IMG/VR virus record: IMGVR_UViG_2162886015_000002
Coordinates: 1 to 61,570 of that record
Direction: 5' to 3' (one strand)
Length of the DNA stretch: 61,570 nt
Source: a virus
Lineage: Duplodnaviria; Caudoviricetes
Shown: piece after piece, positions 16,016 through 25,261 of the stretch
Layout of the letters: every line of letters begins with the position of its first letter
How positions within the stretch are numbered: the stretch's first letter is position 1
Position numbers and translations under genes: made by a program
Notes under the pieces: model-generated
Told to the model about the DNA's origin: nothing
Database searches by the model: none
What the model saw: only the letters and a program-made list of their open reading frames with translations

Positions 16016-16879
16016 ATGATGACAGACCCTGAAATGAACAAGCTGGTTATCCAGACGGCGCGCGAGGTCGGATTGCGCGTGAATGTCGATGGCAAGATGC
16101 TGAACGACAACTACACGAACGTGATGGGCTCGTTCCCGTCACTCGTGCGCTTCGCCCGCGCCCTGCTATCTGCAAGCAAACCTGCCGTGGCGCAGGACGA
16201 TGTGCGCGCATTGAGTGAGGGGTATCGGCGCGGCACTAAGGATGCGTTTCACCTTGTCAACATGCTTAATGCCAATCGACAAGGCAGAACGGCAGACGAA
16301 ACATGTTCGTACATTGTTCGCACGCTGGCTGAACAAGTAAACAGCGGCGAAGTCCCTGCCGCGCCAGCGACAGACACCGAAGAAGACGCTTACGTCATCA
16401 AGCGTTTGAGCACATTGCTTGCTGAGGTCGCTGGTGCGCTCATGGGTGATGACGCCGACGTGAGCGGGGTCGAAGTGCTGGCAAAGTTGCCCGAGGTGGC
16501 CAAAACGCTGAAACTCGAAGTTGAACTATATCGCGCCAACGCTGCCGCGCCAGCGCAATCGGGGGAGCCGGTGCTAGACCGGGCCGCCAAAGTAGGCGGA
16601 ACTCGATTCGGCAAAGGCGTGAAGTGGAGCACTGTCATCGGCGCAGCGCAACGGGTGTATGAATACGAGGTTACGCCTGAGAAAGAAGCGGTACGAATCG
16701 AGAGAGCGCGCGCAACATTGGCGGAAATTCGCGGCGAATCAACCGCCCCGCAGCCAGCACAGATGGAGCGGGCGCTGACATGCGCCCTTTGCGGCGGGTG
16801 CGGCCCAATCGTCGGGTGCGATGCGTGCCAAAGCACCGGAAAGATCGCTGCGCAGCCGGCAATCGGGGGTAAGGGATGA
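16016..16879 (+). CDS. mosaic hypothetical protein
   Basis: modules joined by AAPA/AQPA linkers; C-terminal CxxCxGxG zinc motif. Confidence 0.7.
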   Translation: MMTDPEMNKLVIQTAREVGLRVNVDGKMLNDNYTNVMGSFPSLVRFARALLSASKPAVAQDDVRALSEGYRRGTKDAFHLVNMLNANRQGRTADETCSYIVRTLAEQVNSGEVPAAPATDTEEDAYVIKRLSTLLAEVAGALMGDDADVSGVEVLAKLPEVAKTLKLEVELYRANAAAPAQSGEPVLDRAAKVGGTRFGKGVKWSTVIGAAQRVYEYEVTPEKEAVRIERARATLAEIRGESTAPQPAQMERALTCALCGGCGPIVGCDACQSTGKIAAQPAIGGKG

Positions 16880-17133
16880 AACTCGACGAACTCATCCAGC
16901 GCGTCGGCGTTGACAATATCGGCGTGCAAGTCCTGCATGAATCAGTCACCGGCGCCAAACAACGTCGCGGTTATGTCGAGGTGTCTTTCGGAACGGACTG
17001 TGTCTCCATGCGCGATATCGCCGTAGGCGAATGGGAGAACGTGGTGTTCGTTGTCAGTGTGAAGCGGCAAGCGTTCGAGGCCGCACGCGACGCTGTCGTT
17101 GCGCAGCCAGCAGGCGGAGTTGGCCATGAGTGA
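16876..17133 (+). CDS. hypothetical protein
   Basis: ATGA overlap. Confidence 0.65.
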   Translation: MKLDELIQRVGVDNIGVQVLHESVTGAKQRRGYVEVSFGTDCVSMRDIAVGEWENVVFVVSVKRQAFEAARDAVVAQPAGGVGHE

Positions 17134-17362
17134 CCTGATTAAGCGCCTTCGCGAGGACTATATAAATCCAGACGCGACAGCTGCGGCCGATGCTCTCGAA
17201 GCCTCCAACGCCCGCATAGCTGCGTTAGAGCAGGAACTCCGCAACATCGCCAACGCCGATACCGTTGAATGGGATGACCCGACCCAGTTTGAATCGTGGG
17301 CGAAGAGTCGGGCGCGGCATGCACTTAGCTTGGTGGCGCAGATAGATAAGGAAAAGCCGTGA
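17126..17362 (+). CDS. hypothetical protein
   Basis: GGAG RBS; MSDLIKRLR...AADALE. Confidence 0.6.
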   Translation: MSDLIKRLREDYINPDATAAADALEASNARIAALEQELRNIANADTVEWDDPTQFESWAKSRARHALSLVAQIDKEKP

Positions 17363-17772
17363 CTCTCTCCCTCGCATTAGCCCTCGCATTCAGCATGCCA
17401 CCCGGTGCCGCTGATCCTGCTGTCACGCAGAGCAACATCGACACGACGATCTGCGCAAAGGGTTGGTCGAAGCACGTCCGGCCGCCAGCGTCATACACGG
17501 GCAAGCTCAAGCGCGACCAGATCGCCGGGCGCGCGGACCCGCGGCTGTACGAAGAAGATCACCTGATCCCGCTGGAGTTGGGCGGCGCATCGCGCGATCC
17601 GCGCAACCTGTGGCCGCAGCTTTGGGATGGTCCGGACGGCGCACACGCCAAGGACAGACTCGAACGTCGGCTGCACAACCTTGTTTGCTCGCACGCGGTG
17701 AGCCTGGAGGAAGCACAGAAGGCCATCGCGACGGACTGGCGCGCGGCGTATCGTAAATACATGGGGGAGTGA
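17359..17772 (+). CDS. HNH-like protein with hydrophobic N-terminus
   Basis: VTQSNIDTTIC...YEEDHLIPLELGG...NLWPQ...KDRLE..LH..VC. Confidence 0.7.
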   Translation: MTLSLALALAFSMPPGAADPAVTQSNIDTTICAKGWSKHVRPPASYTGKLKRDQIAGRADPRLYEEDHLIPLELGGASRDPRNLWPQLWDGPDGAHAKDRLERRLHNLVCSHAVSLEEAQKAIATDWRAAYRKYMGE

Positions 17773-18770
17773 TGAGCGAGAACAGCAAAATCGAGTGGAC
17801 CGACCACACGTTCAATCCGTGGGAAGGTTGCCAGAAGGTCAGCCCCGGTTGCGATCACTGCTATGCCGAGGCGCGCAACGCGCGGTTCGCTGGCGGTACC
17901 GCGATCAACTGGGGACCGGGCGCACCGCGGCGTCGCACGTCGCCAGCAAACTGGCGGAAGCCACTGCAATGGAACGCCGCGCACGCTGAGTTCTTAGCCG
18001 CGCACGGCCGGCGCCAGCGCGTATTCTGCGCGTCGCTCGCCGACGTCTTCGACAATGCTGTCGATCCGCAATGGCGCGCCGACCTGTTCGATCTGATCGA
18101 AAAGACACCGAACCTGGACTGGCTGCTACTGACTAAGCGAATCGGCAACGTCCTGTCAATGACGAGCCAAACGGCGCAGTATCGGTTCGATCTCGAATGT
18201 CTCGAAGCGCCACGCTTGCCAGAGAACGTGTGGCTTGGCGCGACGATCGTCAATCAGGAAGAGGCTGATCGCGACATTCCGAAGCTGATCGATACGCCTG
18301 CGCGCGTGCGCTTCCTGAGCATGGAGCCATTACTCGGAGAGGTGGACATCAGCGAATGGTTGTCATTCTGGTGCGAAGACTGCAACGACACCCATACCAG
18401 TGGAATCGCTGGTTTCACTGGCTTGAACTGGGTGATTGTCGGCGGCGAGAGCGGGCCCGGCGCGCGGCCAATGCATCTGGAGTGGACGCGCTCGCTACGC
18501 GACCAGTGTGCGGCCGCCGGCGTGCCATTTTTATTTAAGCAACATGGCGAGTGGGCACCTGGGTCGGGCGACTTCGGCATTGGCCGCTTCGAGACGGCCG
18601 CAATTGCGCGCGACGGGAGAGTCGTGACTGGCGGATTTGACGCGTCGAAGTATCCCGTTGGGTCAGCTAGTGCCGACGGCTGGTCGATGGTGCACCGCGC
18701 CGGTAAGAAAGCCGCTGGCCGCGAGCTCGACGGCCGCACGCACGACGAATTCCCGCGAGGTGCCAAGTGA
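17769..18770 (+). CDS. phage Gp37/Gp68 (DUF5131) family protein
   Basis: SKIEWTDHTFNPWEGCQKVSPGCDHCYA...LLTKR...FLSMEPLL...WVIVGGESG. Confidence 0.9.
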   Translation: MMSENSKIEWTDHTFNPWEGCQKVSPGCDHCYAEARNARFAGGTAINWGPGAPRRRTSPANWRKPLQWNAAHAEFLAAHGRRQRVFCASLADVFDNAVDPQWRADLFDLIEKTPNLDWLLLTKRIGNVLSMTSQTAQYRFDLECLEAPRLPENVWLGATIVNQEEADRDIPKLIDTPARVRFLSMEPLLGEVDISEWLSFWCEDCNDTHTSGIAGFTGLNWVIVGGESGPGARPMHLEWTRSLRDQCAAAGVPFLFKQHGEWAPGSGDFGIGRFETAAIARDGRVVTGGFDASKYPVGSASADGWSMVHRAGKKAAGRELDGRTHDEFPRGAK

Positions 18771-19075
18771 GCCAGTTCGACCTGTTTGGTGATCCAGTCG
18801 AGGAAGCGGCGCCGCCGTCCGCCTCATTGAACGAGGTGCGCGTGCAGCACCAGGCGGCGATAGACGATTTACCCGAGAAGCTCCGGCCGCAGTGCACGCC
18901 GGTCGGCCCGATGCCGACCGAAAGAGCTGAACTCGACGAATGGACACGCACGTCGCAACGCTCCTATCTGCTGTGGCTGATCGGCGCGATCGCTCGCGGC
19001 ATCTATCGGGATTCGAGTGAGGCTAACGCGCCGTATGTATTGGCAAAGTTGAACGGACTGGGAGGGGAGTGGTGA
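18767..19075 (+). CDS. hypothetical protein
   Basis: GTGA overlap; N-terminal QFDLFG. Confidence 0.6.
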   Translation: MSQFDLFGDPVEEAAPPSASLNEVRVQHQAAIDDLPEKLRPQCTPVGPMPTERAELDEWTRTSQRSYLLWLIGAIARGIYRDSSEANAPYVLAKLNGLGGEW

Positions 19076-19791
19076 TGCAGGCGGCTGCGAACGTGAAAGA
19101 AACGGCGATCCTGATGAACGGCGAAATGGTGCGTGCGACCTTGCGCGAGGACGACCCGAAGACTCAGACGCGCCGCGTCTTCAAACAGGCTGTGGGTCCC
19201 AGTCTGAGTGTCGAATGCGACGACCAAGGCGTCGCCGAACTGTCTTGGCTCTACGGCGACGGTCCCGGTCACGAGGTCCACGAACGCATCGAGCGCGTGC
19301 CATGTCCGTATGGCACACCCGGTGATCGGTTATGGGTGCGCGAGACATTTTTCGCGTTTGGCCGATGGGAGACACGCTTCAGCGAGAGAAAAGGCCGCGA
19401 TGAATGGCATTTCGTCGACATGACGCTGGAGTGTGACCGCGCATATCAGTACGCGGCCGACAATCCTGATGTCCCGTTGGCCAAGGACCGAGGCGTTTAT
19501 CCAGGCTGGTGGAGGCGCCCATCGATCCACATGCCGCGCGCTGCGTCGCGCATCACGCTTGGGGTCACAGGTGTGCGCGTCGAGCGCCTGAACCGAATAA
19601 GTTCGGACGACTGTTTCGCGGAGGGCATCGACCCGGAAGGTGCGGACTATAACGAGGGAGAGAACTACGCAAACGCGGGATCGCCGGTACCACCGGAGCG
19701 CTGGGCCTTCGCGGCGCTGTGGCAATCAACCGGTGGCGATTGGGAGGATAACCCTTGGGTGTGGGTCGTCGAATTCCGGAGGGCCATTTGA
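19069..19791 (+). CDS. ASCH/PUA-like phage protein
   Basis: ILMNGEMVRA...KTQTRR...CPYG..GDRLWVRET...PSIHMPRAASRI...NPWVWVVEF. Confidence 0.8.
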   Translation: MVMQAAANVKETAILMNGEMVRATLREDDPKTQTRRVFKQAVGPSLSVECDDQGVAELSWLYGDGPGHEVHERIERVPCPYGTPGDRLWVRETFFAFGRWETRFSERKGRDEWHFVDMTLECDRAYQYAADNPDVPLAKDRGVYPGWWRRPSIHMPRAASRITLGVTGVRVERLNRISSDDCFAEGIDPEGADYNEGENYANAGSPVPPERWAFAALWQSTGGDWEDNPWVWVVEFRRAI

Positions 19792-19793
19792 TG

Positions 19794-20033
19794 CTAAGCA
19801 CGGTCACCAATCGGCATCTTGTTGCAGATGAATTCGGCCTCGTCTTCAGCTTCGGACCAAGCCAGTTCCTCGACCCTGTGCTCTCTGTCGCTCATGCGCC
19901 GCTGGATGCTGCTATCAATCAGCAGCCACCAACTCCATCCACGCTTGTCGTCGCCGGTAACTTCGATATGAACATGGTGTCCATTGATGATCACGCTTTT
20001 GCTTGTCATGGCAGTCTCCAATGCGAGTTTCAA
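19794..20033 (-). CDS. small hypothetical protein, antisense to operon
   Basis: fills the gap between + strand genes; GGAG before internal ATG. Confidence 0.5.
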   Translation of the reverse strand: MKLALETAMTSKSVIINGHHVHIEVTGDDKRGWSWWLLIDSSIQRRMSDREHRVEELAWSEAEDEAEFICNKMPIGDRA

Positions 20034-20044
20034 GGGATCCTAGC

Positions 20045-20581
20045 ATGCAATTCCTGACCGACCACGATCTCGCGGGCGAGCGCGGCGCGCACATCAGCGA
20101 CTGCGGCGCCTACCGGTATCGCCTTTGGCGCGAGTGGGATCGCAGCCTGCCGACGCTGGCGTTCCTCATGTTGAATCCGTCGACGGCCGACCATCTGACC
20201 GATGACCCGACAATCACGCGCTGCATGTCGCGAGCGATCGCTGGCAAGTTCGGCCGGCTCGAAGTGGCCAACCTGTTCCCGCTGCGCGCGACGGATCCGG
20301 ACGAGCTTTTGACACATCCAGAGCCGGTCGGGCCGAAGCGTGGCAGCGGTCCCGCAGAAGGTGCCATTCTCGACGTTATTGAGCGGTCGCACACGGTGAT
20401 CTGCGCTTGGGGCGCGCACCCGGCGGCTGCGCCGCGCGCGGCAGAGGTCATGCACATCATCCGAATCGTGGGTATGCGCAACAAGCTTTATCACCTTGGC
20501 CTGAACAAGGACGGCAGCCCGAAGCACCCGCTGTACATAGCCGCCAGCACGCGGCCGAAATCTTTCGAATACTCAGCATGA
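20045..20581 (+). CDS. DUF1643 family protein
   Basis: SDCGAYRYRLWREW...FLMLNPSTAD...DDPTITRC...NLF..RATDP...AWG...PKHPLY. Confidence 0.9.
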   Translation: MQFLTDHDLAGERGAHISDCGAYRYRLWREWDRSLPTLAFLMLNPSTADHLTDDPTITRCMSRAIAGKFGRLEVANLFPLRATDPDELLTHPEPVGPKRGSGPAEGAILDVIERSHTVICAWGAHPAAAPRAAEVMHIIRIVGMRNKLYHLGLNKDGSPKHPLYIAASTRPKSFEYSA

Positions 20582-20633
20582 TTGACGCCGCGCAACGCAT
20601 ATTGGAATTGACTAGAAAGCTGTGGGAGGTGGA

Positions 20634-20846
20634 ATGGACTCGATGTTCCTGACCGAAGCTGAAATCATCGAATTGACCGGCAAGCGCCGGCATACGGCAC
20701 AAGTGCGCGCGCTTCGTACCCTCGGTGTTGAGCACAAGGTGCGCCCAGACGGCTCAATTGTCGTCTCGCGGGCGCACGTGGATAGCGTTTTGGGTGTGCG
20801 GACGCCGAAGTCTAAAATGAAAGCTTGGGAACCGGTATTTAGTTGA
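20634..20846 (+). CDS. DUF4224-type excisionase-like protein
   Basis: FLTEAEIIELTGKRR...Q...L...G....RPDG; immediately upstream of int. Confidence 0.8.
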   Translation: MDSMFLTEAEIIELTGKRRHTAQVRALRTLGVEHKVRPDGSIVVSRAHVDSVLGVRTPKSKMKAWEPVFS

Positions 20847-20848
20847 TC

Positions 20849-21901
20849 ATGCCGCGCGCGAAAAACAAGGAAAACCAAGGGCTGCCGAAGCGGTGGACAA
20901 GTCACCACGGGGCCTACTATTACCAGGTTCCGAACGGGCTGGAAGCTGCATGGGATGGGAAGCGGAAATTTCGGCTCGGCGCGACATTGCCGGAAGCGTA
21001 CAAAGTGTGGGCGGAGCGGATTGCCAGAACGGATAACGTGCGCACGGTCGGCGACTTGCTGGATCGGTACGCGCTGGAAGTGATCCCATCAAAATCGCCG
21101 TCGACCCAGACTCAGAACATGGCTGGGCTGAAGAATATTCGTGCCAAATTTGGCACCGCGCCGCTGGATGCGGTGAAGCCGACGCACATTTATCAGTATC
21201 TGGACTGGCGGCCGGCAAAGGTGTCGGCCAAGCGCGAGATTGAGATCCTGTCGCACGCATTCACGAAGGCTGTCGAGTGGGGTTACATCGAGAAGCATCC
21301 GTTCGCCTGGCAGTTGCGGATCGAATCCGATGCGCCGCGTACGCGCTACGTGGAAGATTGGGAGATTGTCGAGTGCCTGTCGATCGACTCGAAGCGGAAA
21401 AAGGGGAGTGTGCTGGCCGTCCAGTCGTATATTCGCGTGAAGTTACTCACAGGGATGCGCCGCGGTGATTTGTTGCGGCTGAGCATGTCGGATATGCAGG
21501 AAGACGGGATTCACCTGACGCCAAACAAGACCAAGAAATCAACCGGCAAGCGGGTGATTATCGGATGGTCCGACGAACTGCGGGAGGCTGTCGCAATGGC
21601 GAAGGCCGCGCGCCCGGTGCAGATCGGCCCCTTCCTGTTCTGTAACCGGAAGGGCGAATGCTACATCGACGAGGCGACGGGCCGGGCTGGAGGATGGGAA
21701 TCTCTATGGCGCGGATTCATGGCGCGCGTGCTGAAAGAGACCAAGGTGACAGAGCGTTTCACGGAGCACGACCTGCGCGCAAAGTGCGCTAGCGATGCCG
21801 AGACACTGGCGCATGCTCAAGCACTCATGACGCACGCCGATAGCCGCATCACAGATCGGATTTACCGGCGAAAGCCTGAGATGGTGAAGCCGCTCAGATA
21901 A
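20849..21901 (+). CDS. int: tyrosine integrase
   Basis: LTGMRRGDLL, FTEHDLRAK, ALMTHAD..IT..IY. Confidence 0.92.
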   Translation: MPRAKNKENQGLPKRWTSHHGAYYYQVPNGLEAAWDGKRKFRLGATLPEAYKVWAERIARTDNVRTVGDLLDRYALEVIPSKSPSTQTQNMAGLKNIRAKFGTAPLDAVKPTHIYQYLDWRPAKVSAKREIEILSHAFTKAVEWGYIEKHPFAWQLRIESDAPRTRYVEDWEIVECLSIDSKRKKGSVLAVQSYIRVKLLTGMRRGDLLRLSMSDMQEDGIHLTPNKTKKSTGKRVIIGWSDELREAVAMAKAARPVQIGPFLFCNRKGECYIDEATGRAGGWESLWRGFMARVLKETKVTERFTEHDLRAKCASDAETLAHAQALMTHADSRITDRIYRRKPEMVKPLR

Positions 21902-21911
21902 GGCGGGCAAG

Positions 21912-22150
21912 TGGGTTATTCGCGGGGATCGGTAGTAAGCGAATCAAGGTGTTACGAGTGGTCATTGCGCAATACAATAACCCACGTTGAAATCTCGTAA
22001 GCCTTATTTGGCGGTGCTTGGCGAGACAAGCACGTACCGGTTAATAACCTATCCGGGGTTCGAATCCCCGTCTCTCCGCCACAGGATACATAAGGCTCCC
22101 AGCGTGGGGGCCTTTTCTATTTGGGTTATTCAAACAGGTTTGGGTTATTC
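21912..22150. other. attP: tRNA-Ser-like core 22039-22081 with arm-type repeats and IHF site
   Basis: Core GGTTAATAACCTATCCGGGGTTCGAATCCCCGTCTCTCCGCCA (variable arm, T-arm, CCA only). TGGGTTATT at 21912(+), 21976-21984(-), 22122(+), 22141(+). AATCAAGGTGTTA 21942-21954 fits WATCAANNNNTTR. Confidence 0.85.
22092..22116 (+). terminator. intrinsic terminator after att core
   Basis: AAGGCTCCCA-gcg-TGGGGGCCTTTT. Confidence 0.65.
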
Positions 22151-22252
22151 GGAAGAAGTGAAAATCACTTTTTGACGCCCTGCCGAGGCAGGCTGAGAGG
22201 GGTGGGCGGCACAGCCGATAGACTGTAGCCGCCGAATACAACAGCTGGCCTG

Positions 22253-22993
22253 TTACGCTGGCACGCCTGAGCCTGCGACAGCCTGCACGCGCGCCTGCAC
22301 GCGCGACATGTCGTGGTCGATGGGATCTGCTCCCTCCGGCCACTGCGCGCTGGCGATCATCGAAAACGTACCGTGATCGTCCTTCAACCATGCATGCAGC
22401 GGGAGCGGCCGCGCCTGCCAGCGGAGATCCTTCAGCGGGCCTTCCTTCCACGGCCACGACGCCCATAAGTCGGCGCCGTTCAGCACGCAGACCATGTTGG
22501 CGAGTTCACCGGAATGGTTCGCGTAGAACGCGGCATCCGCGAACTTCGGCGCTTCGAAGCTATGGAGTGCGCCAATCTGCGCCGCCGGAAGGAACAGCGG
22601 CGTCAGGTGCGTGCGCGACGCGCCGAGGGAGTGGCCGGCAACATGCACCACGTCGCCGACCGGGATCGTCGCGTGCACCCAATCCCAGAGTTTCTGCATC
22701 CCCTCGTAGACACCCGCCGTCACATTGCCACCGGCGACCGGTACCGGGTCGAGCGACATATCCGCAAGCACGTCCATGACCTTCAGCGCGCTCGCACGCG
22801 TGCCGCTGATGCTCAGATGCGTCTCGCCGCGCGCGTCGGCCGAGAGGACGGCCTGATGGCTGGCGTTCTGGTACTGAGCAATCCAGGTGTCGCCGAGGGC
22901 CGCGAATGCAGCCTTCGAGGCAGCCTGGTCGATCAGATACGCGGCGTTGGCGCGCGCCGCCGCCAGCGCTGCTGCTTGCCAGTCGATGCTCAT
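22253..22993 (-). CDS. lipase class-3-like alpha/beta hydrolase
   Basis: ISGT, VHVAGHSLGA nucleophile elbow, SFEAPK, NGADLW, C-terminal DH. Confidence 0.85.
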   Translation of the reverse strand: MSIDWQAAALAAARANAAYLIDQAASKAAFAALGDTWIAQYQNASHQAVLSADARGETHLSISGTRASALKVMDVLADMSLDPVPVAGGNVTAGVYEGMQKLWDWVHATIPVGDVVHVAGHSLGASRTHLTPLFLPAAQIGALHSFEAPKFADAAFYANHSGELANMVCVLNGADLWASWPWKEGPLKDLRWQARPLPLHAWLKDDHGTFSMIASAQWPEGADPIDHDMSRVQARVQAVAGSGVPA

Positions 22994-23484
22994 TGCAATG
23001 GCGCGCCGGCGAGTGGCGTCGATGCGGCTGTAGGAACGGAAGCGGCTGGAGCCGATGCAGATTGTGCGGCAGCGGCATTCGTCGCAATCGCGGTAGCCGT
23101 ATCGACGACCAGCTCCGCGAGGAGCGCGAAGCCAGCGATCTTCTGTTTCTGCTCTGTCGACAGGACGTTATCCGGGGCGGCTTGAGCAATCGCGTTCGCT
23201 GCCGGGATCGCCGTGCTTACGAATTGCTGAACCGATGTCGTGGATACCGTCGCACCGATCGCGCAGGTCGTGTTGGCCAACTTCGTGGCCGCAGGCAACT
23301 GCGCCTGGACGTTCGCTGGGATCGCCGCACCCAGCGTCGGCGCCAATGTCAAGGCCTGTTGAACCGGCGGGCATGCGATAGCAAAGAATTGCGCCGGCGT
23401 GAGCTGGGCTGGTTGCGTGGTGCCGCATGCGGAGAGAGCGAGCAGGGCTGCGCCTGCCGCGAGAGCAGCAAATAGCTTCTTCAT
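22990..23484 (-). CDS. lipoprotein (lysis-associated?)
   Basis: signal plus lipobox LSAC; Ala-rich. Confidence 0.8.
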   Translation of the reverse strand: MKKLFAALAAGAALLALSACGTTQPAQLTPAQFFAIACPPVQQALTLAPTLGAAIPANVQAQLPAATKLANTTCAIGATVSTTSVQQFVSTAIPAANAIAQAAPDNVLSTEQKQKIAGFALLAELVVDTATAIATNAAAAQSASAPAASVPTAASTPLAGAPLQ

Positions 23485-23496
23485 GATTGGGAATTC

Positions 23497-23814
23497 CTAA
23501 GGTTTGAGAGAGAACTTCGCCGCGGCGTCGGCCGTCGCGGTGACTGCGCCCGCGACAGCGGAGACGGCAGCGGTGTTGGCAGCGATCGGAGCGGTTGCTC
23601 CTACGCCCGTTTCGGCGAAATCAAGTTGATAGCCGTCGGCAGTCTTCTGGACGTGGACTGTCACGCTTGAGATGTCTTTCCCGTTCGCGATGGTCGCGGC
23701 GCAGCAGATGACCTGCTTCGAAGCGGCGTCGTAGAACGGGCGGACATCGTAGGTCGCCTGACCCGCACACCCGGCCAGCATCAGCGGTGCGAGGCAGAGC
23801 AGGGCGCGGATCAT
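23497..23814 (-). CDS. lipoprotein (lysis-associated?)
   Basis: lipobox LAGC. Confidence 0.8.
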   Translation of the reverse strand: MIRALLCLAPLMLAGCAGQATYDVRPFYDAASKQVICCAATIANGKDISSVTVHVQKTADGYQLDFAETGVGATAPIAANTAAVSAVAGAVTATADAAAKFSLKP

Positions 23815-24020
23815 GCGGCCGGCATTGCAGGGGCTTTGACGCCGTACTTGGCTTCGAGATAGCCCTTGGCGACGTGGCCGAGATAAACGAGAGTGCCGGT
23901 CAGGATCGGCAGGACTTCAGCGGGAACCGGATGGCCGGCGCTAGTGAAGGCCCATTGAATCAGTGCCGAAACCGAGCCGGATGCGACGCCAATGCCGCCG
24001 CTGACGAGTGCGTTGTTCAT
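23811..24020 (-). CDS. holin-like small membrane protein
   Basis: two hydrophobic segments, 69 aa, within lysis cassette. Confidence 0.6.
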   Translation of the reverse strand: MNNALVSGGIGVASGSVSALIQWAFTSAGHPVPAEVLPILTGTLVYLGHVAKGYLEAKYGVKAPAMPAA

Positions 24021-24652
24021 GGATGCTCCTTCTGGACGATCTCGTCCGGTGAGAAAACGAATCCGGCCTTGCGCGGGTAGAACTGGAATACGAAGGTCGG
24101 TAACGAACGGTGGTGGATGCCGTGCGTCGGCGAGCGGTGGAACTTCGCTGAGAGCGGCAGCATGTTCTGCGGCGAATCGACGAAGGTTTCGGGCTTGGCC
24201 GGATCGAATGCGTGCCAGTCGAAGCCGCGCGCGGCCGTGAGCTGGCAGATCATCCAGATGCCGGATTCCTGGACCGGAAACGTTTCGTCAGTCGGTTGAT
24301 CGGTGATCTCGTCGAGCACGGGAATCTCCGTGATCTCGCCTACCGCGATCGCTTTGACGATCGTCCAATCGACCGATTCGGCATCGGCCCACTCGCAGAA
24401 CATGTGGTGATATTCGGGCGCCGGTTGGCCGCTGACAGCGCAGTGCAAACCGGCTTTGTGGCCGAGCTGCTTCGTGTGGCGGAACGTCGGTGACTCGCCG
24501 CGCGGCGCCGCGTGGTCCGGGTAGTACTCCATCTCGACGTCGGTCACCTTGACGAGATGCTCGCCGGCGACCAGCGGCACATTGGCAAGGCCTTCGGTCA
24601 TGCATTTGTGGCAGACGTGCTCGAGCGGAACGTCGTGACTGCAGCGTGGCAT
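24017..24652 (-). CDS. hypothetical HNH-like protein
   Basis: HCAVSG...EYHHMFCEW...NMLPLSAKFHR...GIH. Confidence 0.65.
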   Translation of the reverse strand: MPRCSHDVPLEHVCHKCMTEGLANVPLVAGEHLVKVTDVEMEYYPDHAAPRGESPTFRHTKQLGHKAGLHCAVSGQPAPEYHHMFCEWADAESVDWTIVKAIAVGEITEIPVLDEITDQPTDETFPVQESGIWMICQLTAARGFDWHAFDPAKPETFVDSPQNMLPLSAKFHRSPTHGIHHRSLPTFVFQFYPRKAGFVFSPDEIVQKEHP

Positions 24653-24709
24653 ATGAGGTCCGTAAACGAAGAAACCGCCCGAAGGCGGTTTAGGTGAGGG
24701 GATTCGGGA

Positions 24710-25261
24710 TCAGGCGACGCCGAGCGCTTTCTTTGCTGCGGCGTACAGAGCCTCCCGATCGGCAAGTCCGTTCGTGCCGCCGTTGATGCGCCGCGTGAGC
24801 GTGATGAAGTCTCTAGCGTTTGCGATCGCGCTCAGCTTGTTGTTCCACCAGAACCAGCCAGCGGACATCGCAGCGTTAGCTGGCTGCTCGAGCAGCTCAG
24901 GCTCGTTGAGCAGGTCGAGATCCATTCCGACAGCAGCAAGCGCGTAATTCGCGCGGCCGGTAATCTGGATCAGCCCGCGACCGCAAAACCGCTCGCCGTC
25001 GCCCGGCTGTGTGTTGCCTAACTCGGTGGCCTTCGTCGACGGCGGCTCGTACGTGAGCTGCGCGGCGGTTGGCCCCCACAGCTCTTTGGTGAAGAGCAGG
25101 TGATCTGACTCGTGCCCGGTCTGCGCGAGGAACGCGGCCACGTCCAGCGGCTGGGCGATCTGATAGTGATCGCACGCGAGTTGCATGAATGGCGCGAACA
25201 ATGTAGCGCGCGATAGGACGGCGCCGCAGCCTGCGGCAACGATCTGCGGAGTGAGATTCAT
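24710..25261 (-). CDS. GH19 endolysin
   Basis: AAFLAQTGHES...LGNTQPGDGERFCGRGLIQITGRANY...WFW...TRRINGGTNGLADR; start MNLTPQ at 25261. Confidence 0.92.
   Translation of the reverse strand: MNLTPQIVAAGCGAVLSRATLFAPFMQLACDHYQIAQPLDVAAFLAQTGHESDHLLFTKELWGPTAAQLTYEPPSTKATELGNTQPGDGERFCGRGLIQITGRANYALAAVGMDLDLLNEPELLEQPANAAMSAGWFWWNNKLSAIANARDFITLTRRINGGTNGLADREALYAAAKKALGVA

Noticed and set aside
22021-22081. tRNA gene
   Set aside because: Only the variable arm, T-arm and 3' acceptor strand are present, with no matching 5' strand or D-arm; interpreted as the att core.
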